Assembly (NCBI RefSeq): GCF_964204645.1
Contig: NC_134029.1
Span: 20,516,950 to 20,580,949 of the forward strand
Direction: 5' to 3'
Length of the DNA stretch: 64,000 nt
Source of the DNA: Tubulanus polymorphus
Taxonomy: Eukaryota > Animalia > Nemertea
Shown: one piece after another, positions 12,619-26,723 of the stretch
Layout: the number at the start of each line of letters is the position of its first letter
Numbering within the stretch: position 1 is the first letter of the stretch
Program-made: the position numbers and the translations under genes
The notes under the pieces: generated by a model
What the model was told of the DNA's origin: nothing
What the model saw: the letters and a program-made list of their open reading frames with translations, nothing else
The model's database searches: none

Positions 12619-13861
12619 ATGGAAACAGAAGAATTGATAGTAGCCTGTAAAGTGTCAGGACACCGGGTACTGAACATCAGCAATAGGAACATAATGGTGA
12701 TTCCCGATTCATTAACGATGCTCACACATCTACGGGTTCTACTGATGAACGACAATAACCTAGTGATGCCACCGGCTGAACTAACGAGCATAAAAAACCT
12801 CGTCGAATTAACTCTCGATCATAATCAATTAACGATGCTTCCGAGCGGTTTAAACGCGCTGAAAAAACTTGTTTATCTAAACATCAGCCATAATCCGTTG
12901 GTTTATCTGTCTCCGGAAATCGGCCAGATTCGGACGTTAACTGAATTGTGGGCGGTGAATATACGGATAGATACTCTACCGGCGTGCATCGGCGATCTTA
13001 TTCATCTCGAAAAACTCAGCGTTCGCGCGAATAAATTATCCGCGCTGCCGTCGGAAATTTGTAAATTGCGTAATCTCAAATGGTTGAGCGTGGCGGAGAA
13101 TAATTTGTGCGATTTTCCGACTAATTTCGGTCGGCTTAAACGGCTCGTTTACTTGAACGCCGAATCGAATGCGTTCACGACTGTTCCGGAATGTTTGATC
13201 GATTTGACGGATTTATCGTGTTTGTCGATGCGTCGTAATGATATCGGCGATCTCTCGGACGATTTGATCCTCGGATTGTCGCATCTGTGGAAATTCGATC
13301 TACGCGATACCCTGATTAAAGATCCACCGAATCATTGGAAGGTACGTATCAAAATGGGAAAACTTTTGACCTGAGAGCCCAGTTGCACAGTCATGCCTGA
13401 AGTGAAAAAGTGGTTTTCTATCATAAGACTGGTCTTAACCCTTTCAGTGCATCTGCACTGCAGTGCGCTGTATAAAATTGTGATGGACTTAGCTAGTTCA
13501 CCGTATGGTGGTGTATTTGACGATATTAGTAATTAGTTTTCATCTTTTTTGAAAGGTGGCAGCTACTGTCAAACATAGTGAAATATTAGTAACTCACGAT
13601 ATCCATTATTCTTATGCATCTTAAGCCTCAACTTTTGAACTCCTCGAGATGAAAATTATTGACTTAAAAATAGTAAATTCTCTGTCCGGGAAATCCATTA
13701 TCTTAATGCTGAAAATATATTTTCAGTATATGAAAATAATTGATCTCAAATTTTACTTTCAGGGCTTTACACATATCAAATTATCAATACCAGAAGAACG
13801 ATTAAAATCCGAAACTGAAGAAAGTGACGAATCATTGTCAGATGCATCAGAACCTCCATAG
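12619..13861 (+). CDS. Leucine-rich-repeat-only protein (~273 aa), exons 12619-13341 and 13763-13861
   Basis: About 9 tandem 23-aa LxxLxLxxNxLxxLPxxI repeats. A phase-0 intron AAG|gtacgt...tttcag|GGC leads to an acidic C-terminal exon. AATAAA at ~14316. Confidence 0.88.
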
Positions 13862-13991
13862 TGTCAAATTTACCCAGTTTTCCACAATGTTTTTCGGCTA
13901 TCTCCTGTTTATCGATGTTGGTAGTTGATTATAGAGACAATAACCAGTCTATAAACAGCCCTAAGACCAGTTTCAAAAATAGTGTTACTCT

Positions 13992-14205
13992 TAGGCTAAA
14001 AAGATAAGACACCTTGTTTCTCATTTCTGCTAAGCTTAAAAGTTGACCCAGCCGGCTGCCTATCGATCGTGCCGTACATTACCAGGTACTTGTTTTTAAA
14101 TCATGATCAAGTGAACCATTAACTATAACAGACCCGGCAGTTAGAGAAATGAACTGAATACAAATATCTTTGCAGTTCACTGATAGGAGAAACAAGGTAT
14201 CATTT
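13992..14205. mobile_element. MITE (AGGCTAAAAA...GAGAAACAAGGTATCA family) in the LRR 3' UTR
   Basis: Subterminal inverted match CCTTGTTTCTC / GAGAAACAAGG. A homologous copy lies at 22264-22486. Confidence 0.6.
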
Positions 14206-15055
14206 GGATACATGTTTTATATGTAAATTGTATGCGTTTTTCTATAGCTTCGCAACTATATTATTTTTCAAGTTTTTCAGTATTGATGAGTGTTGTATAT
14301 TTTTATCATGGTTTTAATAAATACATTTTTGAGTGAATACTTCTAATTTTCAATGGATCTCAAATTTCTATAAAAACCAGGCAGTACATCGATAAATATA
14401 CCGTAGCTCCCCTGCGTTATGACTGGCTCCACTACCCGCCTCATTAAATCCAAAATCAGCTTTATGTAACTTGGAAGCTGCTGGACTGCATCCTCACCAA
14501 ATTTGGTCACGATCTGATAAACACAGCAGGATACTAGCAATTCAGAGAAACTGGTCCCAAATCTAAAAATGGTTCCATATTCTTGTAGATCACACGACTC
14601 GCATGACACCCACAGAACATCTCTTGTGACAGCTGCCCAAAACAGCAACTCCAGAACAGATACCGACAAACTTAATAAAATCAATAATATAGAAATTAAA
14701 ATGCAATTCGGTGTTATTTATTCATTAAAGCACATACAAATTTAACAATACTAATGATACTTGGAGACAAAGCATACGTTTAATAAATATATTTGTTACT
14801 GTTAAATACTTTATTTATGGCCATTTCAATCATTATACATCTCTTAACATACAGAGAGGCACAACAAAGAATTGTTAAGTCATTATATGGTTTGGCGATG
14901 CGAGAGATAAAATTCTAAAAACAATTTAATTGTTAGGAATCAACAATGGTTATCGGTTATTCAAGAAATGGTTTACCCCTGGTCAATGGAAATTCGACAC
15001 GATCAACAATGCAGTTGTTACTCGTTACTTTTTTTAATCGAACTTCGGACAAAAA

Positions 15056-18000
15056 TTAGAACGCTTGAATCGGTACGTCTTGTAAACACGTTTGTAATTG
15101 TTGAACGATATCGACGTCTAAATCGCAAAGATCGAAATCCATTGTCTTTTCGCCGATGTTGTAACGACTCGTCGTATTGACTAGATCGGCGACTTTTTGC
15201 GCGATGTCCGGATTTCGTAGGTTCGACAGTTTTCGTTGAATGGTTACTAAATCCAACAGATATTCGTTCGTAAACGCCGCTTCGACCTTATTATCGTCGG
15301 CCGCGATTTCCTCCCCTTTCGCGCTGACGTCGCTGATTATCGATTTCGGCGACGGTTTCGCGAAATCCGACGACAGCGGAGAATGGACTTCGTCCTCACA
15401 ACACGACTCGGGATTTTTTACGCTTTCCGCCGGTTCCGACGATTCTTCGACTTTACCGAGCGCGACTGGCGAAGACGACGGCAACTCGAACCGCGGCGAC
15501 TTGCTAGGTTTTTTAGATTTCGTCGTCGAACCGTCTTTATCGCCGGTTTTGTTCTCTTTCGCGATTTTACTCAGACTTTCCGACGAACTATGATGACTTT
15601 CCTTATGAGTATCCGACGATTTGTCTCGATCTTTCTCTTTGTGTTTATCCTTCTTGTGTTTTTTCGACTTTTCCTTCGTCGGTTTCTCCGGTTTCGAGCT
15701 GGCGCCGTTGTTGCTGCCGCGATCTTTTTCCTTATCTTTGTCTTTGCTCTTTTTCTTTTTGTGCGACTTACGCGGCGAATCTAGACCCTTTTCCGAATCG
15801 GGCGTTTTCTTCGATTTTTCTTTCTTAGTTTCAGCGGGCGGCGCCGACTTGACGACGGACGACGCCGGCGGGGAATCGCCGCTCGATAAAGGTGACAGAA
15901 CCGTCGGTTCCTCGTCTTCGTCCGAATCTCCCATTTCGTTGATCAAATTTTTCAGAGCGCTCGCCGCCGGCGCCGCTTTACCGCCCGATTTAATCGGTAT
16001 CGACGAAAAACTGCGATTTAAAACCGGACTCGAAGGTTCTCTGTCGCTGAACATATCCGAGTCGGAATGAGAACCGGTGCTGTATAGCTCCTCGGCCAGC
16101 CAAGACTTCGGCTTCGAAGGAATGACCGCAATTCGTTGATGACTAGCCGTAGTCTTCTCGGGCTTGGACGACTTCGTTTCGCTGACTACTTTAGGCGTAT
16201 GTTTCTCCGGTGTTGATTTCGACGAAACTTTTTCCGTTTTTTCTTTTTTGCCGCTCGAATCACTGGAATGTTTACTACTACTACTACCGCTAGTTTTCTC
16301 GCGGCTCGAATCCGAGTTCTTGCTCGAAGCCGGTTTTTCTTTCTTCGCGTCGGTCGATTGCTTCTGACTCGAGCTATGACCATCCTTAATTTTGTCTTTC
16401 GATTTTTTGTCTTTAACCTTCCCGTCGGGCGACGTAGGTTTATCTTTTTTCTTCTCGACCGATTTCTCTTTTTTGTCGAAATGTTTTTCGCTCGTGTTCT
16501 TACTACTCGTAGCGGAGACATGTTTCGTTTCGGAACTCGACGATTTCTTATATTTGTCTTTCGATTTACTTTCTTTATCGCGCCTTTCGCTCGTACTAGC
16601 GCCCGACTCATTATCTTTAACCTTACCGCTAGACTTTTCGAGCGGTTTCGATTCGGATTTCGATTCGGACTTGTCGACTTTTGCTCGTTGAGTTTTCGAT
16701 TGAGAAGAACTAGACGACGACGAAGATTTGACGCTGTCTTTCGTTTTAGTGCTGCTCGAACTATTATTCAAAGAATCATTTGAACCGTGTTTTTTCGATA
16801 AGCTACTATGCTTTTTGTCACTTTTATCACTATCCTTCGAAATCGACGAAACAGTTTTTTCTTTATCTCTATCTTTCTGTTTCTTTTCTTTCTTTTTGTC
16901 GTCTGATTTCTCTTCTTTTTTGCGCTTTTTAGCCGAGTCAGCCGACGGCGAGTCGGATGCCGGGCGTTTTTGAGGTTTGGTTTCTTTCGAGGAAGATTTA
17001 TCCTTGTTTGGTTTTTTCGTCTCTTTCTGACTGGAGTTCTGACTCGAACTCTGACTGTTATTTGCTCGGTTGCTGGCGTTGTCCTTTTTCGATTTATCCT
17101 GTCAAAACAAAAACGAAAAAACTTTCTCAAATTAGAATTCTGCGATTTTGAAACGGATTCGATCACAATTCTGCCACGATTAAAAATACCTTAGGCGATT
17201 TTTTTGATCGGTCGACTTTCAACGGCGTTCCGAATAGATTCGTGAATTCGTCATTCTTCGGAGGAGTGGGTTTCCGGACGGGCGGCGCTTCCGCGATTTT
17301 CTTCGGTTTTTTCTTCTCGATCTGAGGACTGCGACGCGGCGATACGTCCTTGAATCCTTCATCTTCGCTACTGTAAACCTTTAACTTCTCCTCTACATCC
17401 TCCTCATCATTGTCATCGGATACTTGCGGCGGAGTGATACGCTGACCACCAACAATCAATTCCTAGCGAGAAATGAGGAACATATTTTCACATACATGAT
17501 TTTCAACTGATAATTCAAATCAAAGTGCTCCGTCATGGTCTACAGTGGAACCTCATTAAAACTTTAACGGATTTATTGGTTAAAACAAACTTATAATTTG
17601 GTCCCAAGTAAAACAATTTATTTCATTTCATACTCGATACAACGAACTATCATCTGGTCCTCAGAAGTTTGTGGTAACGAGGTTCCATTGTATATCAAAT
17701 CATGTTTACAGTAAAAGCCCTTTATAATGCCACTGTGTTGTTATAAAGAATGATATTTTCTTGACTGGTAGACTGATATTAATCTCAGTTTAGAGAAGAA
17801 ACCCACAGTAAATTTCTGAACAAAGTTAATGATATTTTCATTTCATATTTTCAAATTTTCATTTCATTAAATTCTAAATTTTGAACAACTAGGCCTACAA
17901 GACAAGGCACCTCTGTTAATCATTAAAAAAAATACAAAACTCACCCCTCCCGCTTTTAACAGCTTCTTCTTGAAATCTTCAGTCGGATTTTGAAACGTTA

Positions 18001-18971
18001 ATTTTTCACAGCGTAAATTGCTGACCGGTGCGCAGCCATCGGCCGGTAGAAATATATCGTACTGGAAATGTATCTTCTTCGGTATGTCTTGATTGCGGAA
18101 ATAGATGTCGATAGGAAGTAAAAATCCAGCATACCCGGACTCATTGACTTTATACGGAGGTTTCGTTACAACTGAAATATAATAGTAATAATAATAATAA
18201 TAGTAATGATTAAATAGAGTATATAGCGCAACTATAAAAACATAATCTCATTACACTTTACATTCAGATTAAATAAATAGTTAAGTGTACAATTTTTTGA
18301 AATAAAAGGTTTTCAAACATGATTTAAAAAGATAGGTAGGAACTTCATTTATATAATTTTAGGGTAAAGCATTTCATAATTTCGGAATCAAATAGAAACA
18401 GAAATACAATTCAGGAAATATTACTTAAAATTCTATAGCGTCGAGAAAAGTAAAATACTCGTGAAAGAAAATGTTTCGATACCTCGTTTCGGATTTGCGA
18501 AACTTTCGTGAAGGTGGAAGACGACTTTTTCAACGAAGTACTGAATCGGACCGTCGAGGCCACGAACAAAGATTACCCAATCGTGAGTGAATCCTTCAGG
18601 TGTCGGCTCCTTCCGAAATTGCGCTTTGTGACCGAGCTCTAACTTCACTTGAACAGCCTAGACAAAATATACAATATACTCTTCATGATATTTCGAGAAA
18701 AAGCGAAATATATCAATAGAAATGATATCTATCTGTACAGGTTAACTTAACAGTATGAGCACAGACTACGTCTGTTTTGACAGCTGTTAACGGTAAAAAA
18801 GCTTTTCTCCTGCCTTGAAGTTATGTGTAGACTTACAAATTTCAGAGACCAGTTACAGAATAACAACTCATATAAAAACTGCAGTTAATTATTCACATGC
18901 AATGTGCAAATTTCCAACAAAAATATATTTTCGAGAAAAGCGAAAGAGAAAAATGATACCTTCTCAGCCAT
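15056..18971 (-). CDS. MLLT3: AF9/ENL homolog (YEATS domain + Ser/Lys-rich linker + ANC1-homology domain), ~909 aa, 5 exons (18971-18960, 18657-18483, 18171-17945, 17462-17190, 17098-15056)
   Basis: The spliced N-terminus [33 protein letters not shown]...[12 protein letters not shown]...[21 protein letters not shown]...[24 protein letters not shown] closely matches the AF9/ENL YEATS domain. The C-terminus [12 protein letters not shown]...DFDLCDLD is AHD-like. Likely the single invertebrate MLLT1/MLLT3 ortholog. Confidence 0.93.
17543..17690. mobile_element. Tc1/mariner-pogo-type MITE with TA TSD in AF9 intron
   Basis: TA-CAGTGGAACCTC ... GAGGTTCCATTG-TA. Confidence 0.75.
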
Positions 18972-19583
18972 TTTGCATTCATTCAGCGCGGATCGGACTA
19001 ACGACCGGACTCTATTTTTTAAGTCATTTTTTGTTTTGTCACAATTGAAAGTGAATGGATAGAATCAGTAATTATGCCCAATTCAAGTATTCCTGTATAG
19101 AAGATATATAAACATTTTTTTCATTTCTATTTTTAACTCCCAAATCCCAAAGGTTTGTATATCACAGCTAGGCAGAAAACCCGTTATCGATGCTTTGCAG
19201 CTAATTCAATACTGGTGTTATCCATCATATCAAATGTGAGAAGCCCTGCATTACTTTGGATGGGCTGTACGTTGACTTCACAATTTAGGACTTTTTGATC
19301 ATTGTCATCATAATACATTGTCGAACGAAAGTGCGTCTAGGAACAGATGTATTTCCATCTCTCCAAGCAATACAATAAATAAAACAACAAAATTTGAAAT
19401 TGTCACTTCATTAAGATTTATTAAATGAAATCTCAAAAAGCATATAAAAACTATTTACAAATACATTTCACTTCCATTGTTATTTTAGATACATTAATGT
19501 ATGGCCAGCTTTATGTCTGAAGAAATTATGATTTTAATTGCAGCTCATTGGTGATAGTTCAACTATCCTCGATTCTGCATATA

Positions 19584-22500
19584 TCAGGTCCGGCGTATAT
19601 TCTGTTGCGCTTCTGAAAGTCCGTTTTCTATTGTTATTATATCACGCGCATCGTCTTTGATTATTCCTATGAGATGTTGTAGTCCTTCTTGTTGCATGGA
19701 CAAATGCTGAAACATATCGAGTGACAAAAATCATTAATAATACAACTGATTGTATGAAAATCCATTCTATCAAGGCAGATCCAGTTCTACAGTAGTTAGT
19801 AATCAAAACATATTTAATTTCCATGAATTGGTCAAACCAACAACAGTCAAATCTGGACCCAGAACTGTGGAACATGGCCCAGGTTCTCCTAAGCTTACCT
19901 GTTTTATCTCTGATAAGTATTCTCCGTCAATCTGATAAGAAGACTCTGGTCGTATCGCATGCATCTGATTCTGCATTCTGATTTGAGACATAAGTTCATT
20001 CAAACGCCCCTGTATTAAAAATAGAAAAATTCGTATCATTTTCACAAGCATTGGAAACACCATGATAGCTACCTAGATTCTGTGGAACCTTGTTATAATG
20101 AATTTGGCGATAAGAGTTTATAAGATAAAACAAATGATATCACAAACTTCAAATTTTGTCCAAAGCAAAACATCGAATTGAATTAATTATACTGGAGATA
20201 TAACAAACTATTGGTTGTAACGAACAGGTTTTTTGGTCCTCTGATGAGGTTCCACTGAAGGCCTACATGTATATGATAAAATCAGATATTCATGAACTAG
20301 GATAATCAGGGACAGTTGCAAGTTAGAGAAACGCAGAACAGAAAACTCTGCCAGACGATGCCAAACTTACCTTAAACTGAGTAGGAGCGTTCAATTCAGC
20401 TTGTATAGCTTCTAACATCACTCTTAATTGTTCCTCATCAGCCTGGATACCATAGCCAAGTTTACGATATATTTCTTGTTTCACCATAACCTGTAGAATT
20501 AATGGCATAGTTCAAATTGTTTGCCGATTCCACATGAAATAATTCGATTATTTTAGGAATTTTACATGAATTTTACAAGAAACACCAAAATATTACCTTG
20601 AGTACTCTATGTCCGAGTTCCAAGTATTTACGTTTGTATTGCTCCGAACGAGCGGCCATGTTGGAATGTTTTCTTTGCAATTCGGCTAAACATTGTGATA
20701 TATCCTATAATATAATATTCGGAAATATATTCAAAAAGCTATACTTAAGATTTTCTTAACTCGGATTAGACTGAAAGGGGTAACTTACGTCTAATGTGTT
20801 TTGATGAAGTTTAGTTTGCTGTTCCTGATGTTGTAGACGACGATGTAGCTCGCTGAATCCAATCATCGGTACCGGGATCAGTTTACTGGGGTCGGGATTG
20901 TCGAGTTTAGCTTGGTCCCAAATTAACGGATCTATACCTAATATATTAATAAATGAAATTTTTCCAAACAGGTCATCGAGAAAACATGTTCCAAGTTTGA
21001 TAATTGAATACCATAATACAGTTTTTTTGTTTATGCTATCATCTTATTTATTGGTCCAATGTTTTATATCTGTAATTTGTTAAGTCTGTTGAGATATCTA
21101 ATGTAATTGACTCTAAATAAATATCATTATTTCTATTATTATCATTATTATCATTATTATACCTACCAGCTGGCGGTGAATCCAAATACTGTTTTAACTG
21201 CTCCGATGTGAAACCGGTCTTCATGAAGATATTCTCTACGGAAAGTTGTGGCTGCATCAGTTTTTGTTTAACCGCGGCCTGATTGAGATAGTTGTATAAG
21301 TCGGTGGCGGCGTGACGTTTCGTCGTTCCTATCGGTTGCCGTTCCAAAACGTATACGATCAATTCAGACCTGAAATCGGACAAAGCAGAGTAAATGTAAT
21401 AGATATTAATCTTTAAATTAGCTTCATTCACATCTATCGAGCAATTGACTATTTTCTCTTCTCTTGAATTTCTTTAATTTGTACTATGGGATCATTCATT
21501 TATTACGTACGCATAAAATTTGAAATTTTCAACCCCCCTCCCCCTCTGTACGCCATTTTTTCGGCCATTCGGCCATTTTTTCATATACATTAAGCATTAC
21601 AATACGCAATTGCACTGACCCCCTCCCCCAACGCGTACGTAATAAATGAATGACCCCATATGTCTGTGGGAAGTGAATTTGGGGCAGTCAGAAGATGAGA
21701 TACAGTAGGTAGTTATCATATGAAATGGGGAAAACTAATTCCTTCTCTGTGGAATGTGATACTAAGAGGTTTAATCAGCTCTATGGCACTCAGTCTACTA
21801 CTGTACATATATATCAGGGACAGATCCAGCCTAGTGTCTTTAGTATGAAGGAAGCTGAATTCAATAAGAGCCCCTTATTTCAGATATGAAGAGAATGAAA
21901 CTTAATGTCAGAATTTTCTGGAGGAAGACCCATACCAAATTCAAAATATATCTAAATACTTATATATTCATATTTTATAAGAAATTTCTTACTTGTCATC
22001 TGGTAAAGGTTTGAGACCTTCAACGCAGACGGAAACGTTCGGTTTGCTGCCTAATATTTCATTCAAACTGTCAACGACTTGCTGTTGATTACGGCTGACT
22101 TCATCGTGTTTCTTCTTAAAAATCAACGCCACTAGACCGTCTTCATTTTTATTAGTCGGCAGGCAACTGTAGCCAACAGCCTATATGATTCAATAAGAAA
22201 TTCGTAAAAATTAGAAAAACAGTAAAAACTTCGTGATATAGCGCTAGAGAAATAATGATAGGCAGGCTAAAAAAATATGAGATCTTGCTTCTCTGATCTG
22301 CTGAGCTTTAAACTTGACCCGGCCGGCCGCCCATCTACCCTGTGCATTACTTTTTTTAAAATCGTGATCAATTTTACCATAACAGACCCAGCAGCTATAG
22401 AAATTAACTGATTACAAATTTTATCATATTTTACAAAACTGACCCGGTCGTTTAGGAGAAACAAGGTATCATTTTTGTTTAACCTTAAAGAAACATACTT

Positions 22501-23763
22501 TGAATCGGCAAAAAGGATTTTCGGCAGAGAAATCAATAGCGGGTGCATTTTGACTGAAGTATCCTTTCCCAGTTCCCCAGAATGCTTGTATTTGATTCCA
22601 TTTAGCTATGAGGCCATCGCGTTCATCTCCGAATATCGTAGGCAATGAAACCGCCGAGGCCATATTTGTGAGGATAGCATTCTGTTGATGTTGCTGTTGT
22701 TGTAGGCCTAATTGTTGCTGCTGAGGCTGTTGTTGAGCTAGAAATGCAAAAATATTGGATCAGAAATTTAACTTTGCACTTCAGTTACAACAAACTTAAC
22801 AGCTACATTTTCTGGTTCTACAAAATTCATTGCTAATCAATCGTTTTTTAATCCAAGAAGACATTTTTCATCAAAATCATTTTTCAATTCTTTACATTCA
22901 CCTCCAAATAATCCGCCAGTAGTTGCACCAAAGCCTCCTGTTGCCGGCTGTGACAGCGTTCCAAAATTAAAACCTAAAGAAAAAATGAGAGTTAAATTTC
23001 CAAGTCAGATCACAAGAGCAGGAATGACTAGAACTGAATATGAAGGAGTTCCAGATTAACTACCTTTATTCGCTTGAGTCGTGGTCGTTCCAAAAGAAAA
23101 ACCTAAATCAAGAATGACAGAGCATTTAAAATGATGTTGCCTTTTTGAACTACGCGTTAGCTAGTTTTCACAAACTAAGCAGTTACAAAAGTTCACGATT
23201 TGCTTACTATTTGTTGCGGTTGGAGCAGGTTTATTGAATCCGAACAATGACGTTGTAGTTGTCGTGGCTGCTGGTGTTGTTCCAAAGCTGAATGCTGAAA
23301 TCATAGAAAAATTGTTATTACACAGATACGCATGTTACCTACTATAGGAGCAAATGAATGATAGAGGACCTACCTCCGAGTCCTGAAGTTGAGGCAGTTG
23401 TAGTTGTACCGAATCCAAAACCACTCGCAGTTGTCTTAGGTGCACCAAAGGTGAGAGCGCCAAAGGATGACACTGTATGAATGAAGGCCAAAGGAAAATT
23501 TGCTAAAAGTTAACTAGGGCCTATTTCAAATTTTCCAAAGAATGTCAAGGTCTTTATTCTATTATGGCTAACTTTTTAGATAATATAGAAAATAATTAAG
23601 AAGATTGCTCAGTAGTTTACAAATAAAGAAAATTACCTCCAGTGGTAGTTGCAGCAGCAGGGGTTGAAGTTCCAAATCCGAATGTTGGAGGTGCGCTGGA
23701 GGCAGGGGTAGCAGTAGCAGCCCCAAACCCAGTAGTACCCGTACTACCAAAACTAAATGCCAT
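19584..23763 (-). CDS. NUP54: Nucleoporin p54, ~13 exons
   Basis: The FG-repeat N-terminus MAFSFGSTGTTGFG is spread over several mini-exons. Conserved segments include IFGDERDGLIAKWNQIQAFWGTGKGYF, FSAENPFCRFKAVGYS, QAKLDNPDPSKLIPVPMIGFSELHRRL, GYGIQADEEQLRVMLEAIQAELNAPTQFKGRLNELMSQIRMQ and QQEGLQHLIGIIKDD. TGA at 19586-19584. Confidence 0.95.
20080..20257. mobile_element. Third copy of the CAGTGGAACC MITE family (Nup54 intron)
   Basis: CTGTGGAACCTTGTTATAA ... GAGGTTCCACTG. Confidence 0.6.
21485..21660. mobile_element. MITE with ~28-bp TIRs in Nup54 intron
   Basis: TATGGGATCATTCATTTATTACGTACGC ... GCGTACGTAATAAATGAATGACCCCATA (one mismatch). Confidence 0.8.
22264..22486. mobile_element. MITE homologous to 13992-14205 (Nup54 intron)
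   Basis: Shares TTGACCC(A/G)GCCGGC, ATAACAGACCC and GGAGAAACAAGGTATCATTT with that copy. Its ends AGGCTAAAAA ... TTTGTTTAACCT are imperfect TIRs. Confidence 0.65.
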
Positions 23764-24330
23764 CGTTAGACAACGGTTTCTATAATTTTTTCGATCTAAA
23801 TAAAGCTTTAGATAACGATTTAAGGTCGATTCAGGCTCACTAATCAAAAAACCCACTTCCAAAAATCGACCGCACTACCACCTATGATCGGGTGGTTAAG
23901 AATAAAATTAGGATTCGGAATTGGGCAATATCCCAAGTGCCGACCGGTTGCCAGGAATAAGAATCTAGTAATCAAAACATTTCCGAAATGTTTTAGCGTG
24001 TTCACTTTTCTGCGATACTTCCCAATTCTTTTGCACTTCCAAGTCAAGGGGCTTAAGTCGAGACCTGGTTCCCGCTCTACAGGGTGTTTTCAGCCATGCG
24101 TATCAGCGCGTGGGTCCCGATTAGTATTTAAGAATCAATTATCTAAAGTTGCCAGATTTTTGAATTTTACGATTTGATAACTTAAATCTTTTAGATTTTC
24201 AGTAGAAAAATAAATACATTTATACGATATAAGTGCTTTCTATCAATGAATGGACTAATTGTCCGACCGCACGATTCTGCAACACTATAGCTGCAGCAGG
24301 GTTCGTATCGGAAAATAAAAACTGAACATG

Positions 24331-25680
24331 CAATAAACTGAAACTAATGATTTTGATGAAAAGCGTGGTTTTATGAGAAGAAATTCGTTGAATATAATGC
24401 AAAACTATCCACAGAATAATCCAAACCTCGATACCAACACGTTAATTCCTGACATGCGCAAAGCGCGAATCTGGAACATTATGACGTGTGTGTGGTCATT
24501 GTGTCCATTGTGACCTGCACTGGTTTGATCCAGTGTGTGAAAATGACGGCCTCCAAAATAAATCATAACACACAAAACCGTACAATTTCCCAAACATTAC
24601 CAGCCTCCCTTCACACCCAGCAATTCAATGTCTCAATATTCGGTAAGTGTTTATCACATGGGTTAAAATGATGTTAATGTATTTCACCTCAGATATTGCG
24701 GGTAACTAATATTTGACCATGGGCCTCACACCTTGCTGTGCTGGAATTTGATTCTGAAATGATTCGGCAAAATGTGAATTAGTTTTGGTGAATTCCGTGT
24801 AAATTCATTCTGTTTTTATTGTGTTTTATGAAGTATCAAATGTTCTTCTTTCATTTGTAGATGTTATGTAAAATTGACACCAGAAACAGTGAAAACAGTG
24901 TAAGTTTATTTTATCTTTTCAATGTTTTCTTCACCAGCAGTTTTCAGAATCAGATAATATTCATACTGTTTGTTCATTAGTTTCTCTTTTTTATATTTCA
25001 TGTTCAACCTGCAGCGAAACCTAAACCTCACATAGAAAAACCTCCTGAAGAAGTGAACAATTTTATTTGTAAGTTTAAATTTGATAATTCTGCAGTTATT
25101 TCTGAGGAAAGAAAACAATCCTGGATTTTTCTATTTTATTTCAATAAACTGAAACTAAAGATTTTGATGAAAAGCGTGGTTTTAATGAGATGTAATTCGT
25201 TGAATATAATGCAGAACTATCCACAGAATAATCCAAGGCCTCGATACCAACTCGTTAATTCCTGACATGCGCAAAGCGCGAATCTGGAACATTATGACGT
25301 GTGTGTGTGGTCATTGTGTCCATTGTGACCTGAACTGGTTTGATCCAGTGTGTGAAAATGACGGCCTCCAAAATAAATCATAACACACAAAACCGTACAA
25401 TTTCCCAAACATTACCAGCCTCCCTTCACACCCAGCAATTCAATGTCTCAATATTCGGTAAGTGTTTATCACATGGGTTAAAATGATGTTAATGTATTTC
25501 ACCTCAGATATTGCGGGTAACTAATATTTGACCATGGGCCTCACACCTTGCTGTGCTGGAATTTGATTCTGAAATGATTCGGCAAAATGTGAATTAGTTT
25601 TGGTGAATTCCGTGTAAATTCATTCTGTTTTTATTGTGTTTTATGAAGTATCAAATGTTCTTCTTTCATTTGTAGATGTT
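24331..25680 (+). repeat. Direct duplication of ~535 bp (24331-24865 and 25142-25680) at the left edge of the array
   Basis: Near-identical blocks run from CAATAAACTGAAACTAA to CATTTGTAGATGTT. Each contains the donor TTCG|gtaagt. Confidence 0.9.
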
Positions 25681-26294
25681 TCATCAGGAATCACTGTTTT
25701 ACAATCAGACTTTCACGGATTTAGCTCAGGAAAACAAGAATCACTTGCTTACATTCTGCACAGGACATCAGGAATCACTAAATGGAAATAAGATAAGTTA
25801 CATTTATTATTTATTCATCAGTTGTTGATTTGATTCAAGGAACCAGTTTTATAGTTTTATAAATCATGTTTTGAAATGGAATCACTGAAACCTGTTGTAT
25901 TTATATATTTGTTCAATCCATTCAAGTTTTCCCCACTGATATTGGTGTATATTTGGTAAGGATTAGTTCATGTTGGGTTAGTTTTGTTAAACCGGGTTTC
26001 CTACTGGGATCAACTCAAATGTTATTTCTAATCAATGTGAAACTGGTTCCTGATGTCAATAATACAACTGTTATCAATCATGTTCCTTCGTGACAATCAG
26101 ATCATGTGTATGTTAAGAGTTAGAATTTCTGTAGATTAAACTGCTGTACTTATTTCATACTGATTGAACAGTTACAAATACATGTAACATTGTGTACAGA
26201 TACTGAGATACAGATCACTGCATTACTTCATCCTGTGATTGAACAGTGATTTAATGTTCTCTCATCTTAGATTCCGATCCGTCTAATTAAAACA

Positions 26295-26723
26295 CCCCTG
26301 TGAAGCTGGCTCCCGGTTCCCGGTTCCTTATTCGGCTCCCGATTCAAAATGCTATTGAACCGGGAGCCGAATCGGGAACCGGGAACCGGGAGCCGGCTAC
26401 TGGTTCAGCTCCCGATTCAAAATGCTTTTGAACCGGGAGCCGAATCGGGAACCGGGAACCGGGAGCCGGCTACTGGTTCAGCTCCCGATTCAAAATGCTT
26501 TTGAACCGGGAGCCGAATCGGGAACCGGGAACCGGGAGCCGGCTACTGGTTCAGCTCCCGATTCAAAATGTGAAGCTGGCTACTTATTCGATTCGACTCT
26601 ATTGCGGACAGCAGGTAAACATAATTACGTAACTATGTCTGCTGAAATGAGTGCAACCTTGACCTCGGCCACCAGGCTAATCGAGACGTCTGAATTAACA
26701 CCACGCGTGTGACGATTTCCTCG
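26295..26723. mobile_element. TE fragment with ~3 x 73-bp GC-rich tandem repeat, replacing part of unit 1
   Basis: TCCCGATTCAAAATG occurs at 26337, 26410, 26483 and 26556, bounded by TGTGAAGCTGGC direct repeats (26299, 26569), with an internal inverted repeat. It is absent from the other four units, which have a G-rich tract here. Confidence 0.65.

Noticed and set aside
15240-17194. Many overlapping ORFs on both strands over the large AF9 exon
   Set aside because: They are shadow frames of the low-complexity Ser/Lys-rich coding exon.
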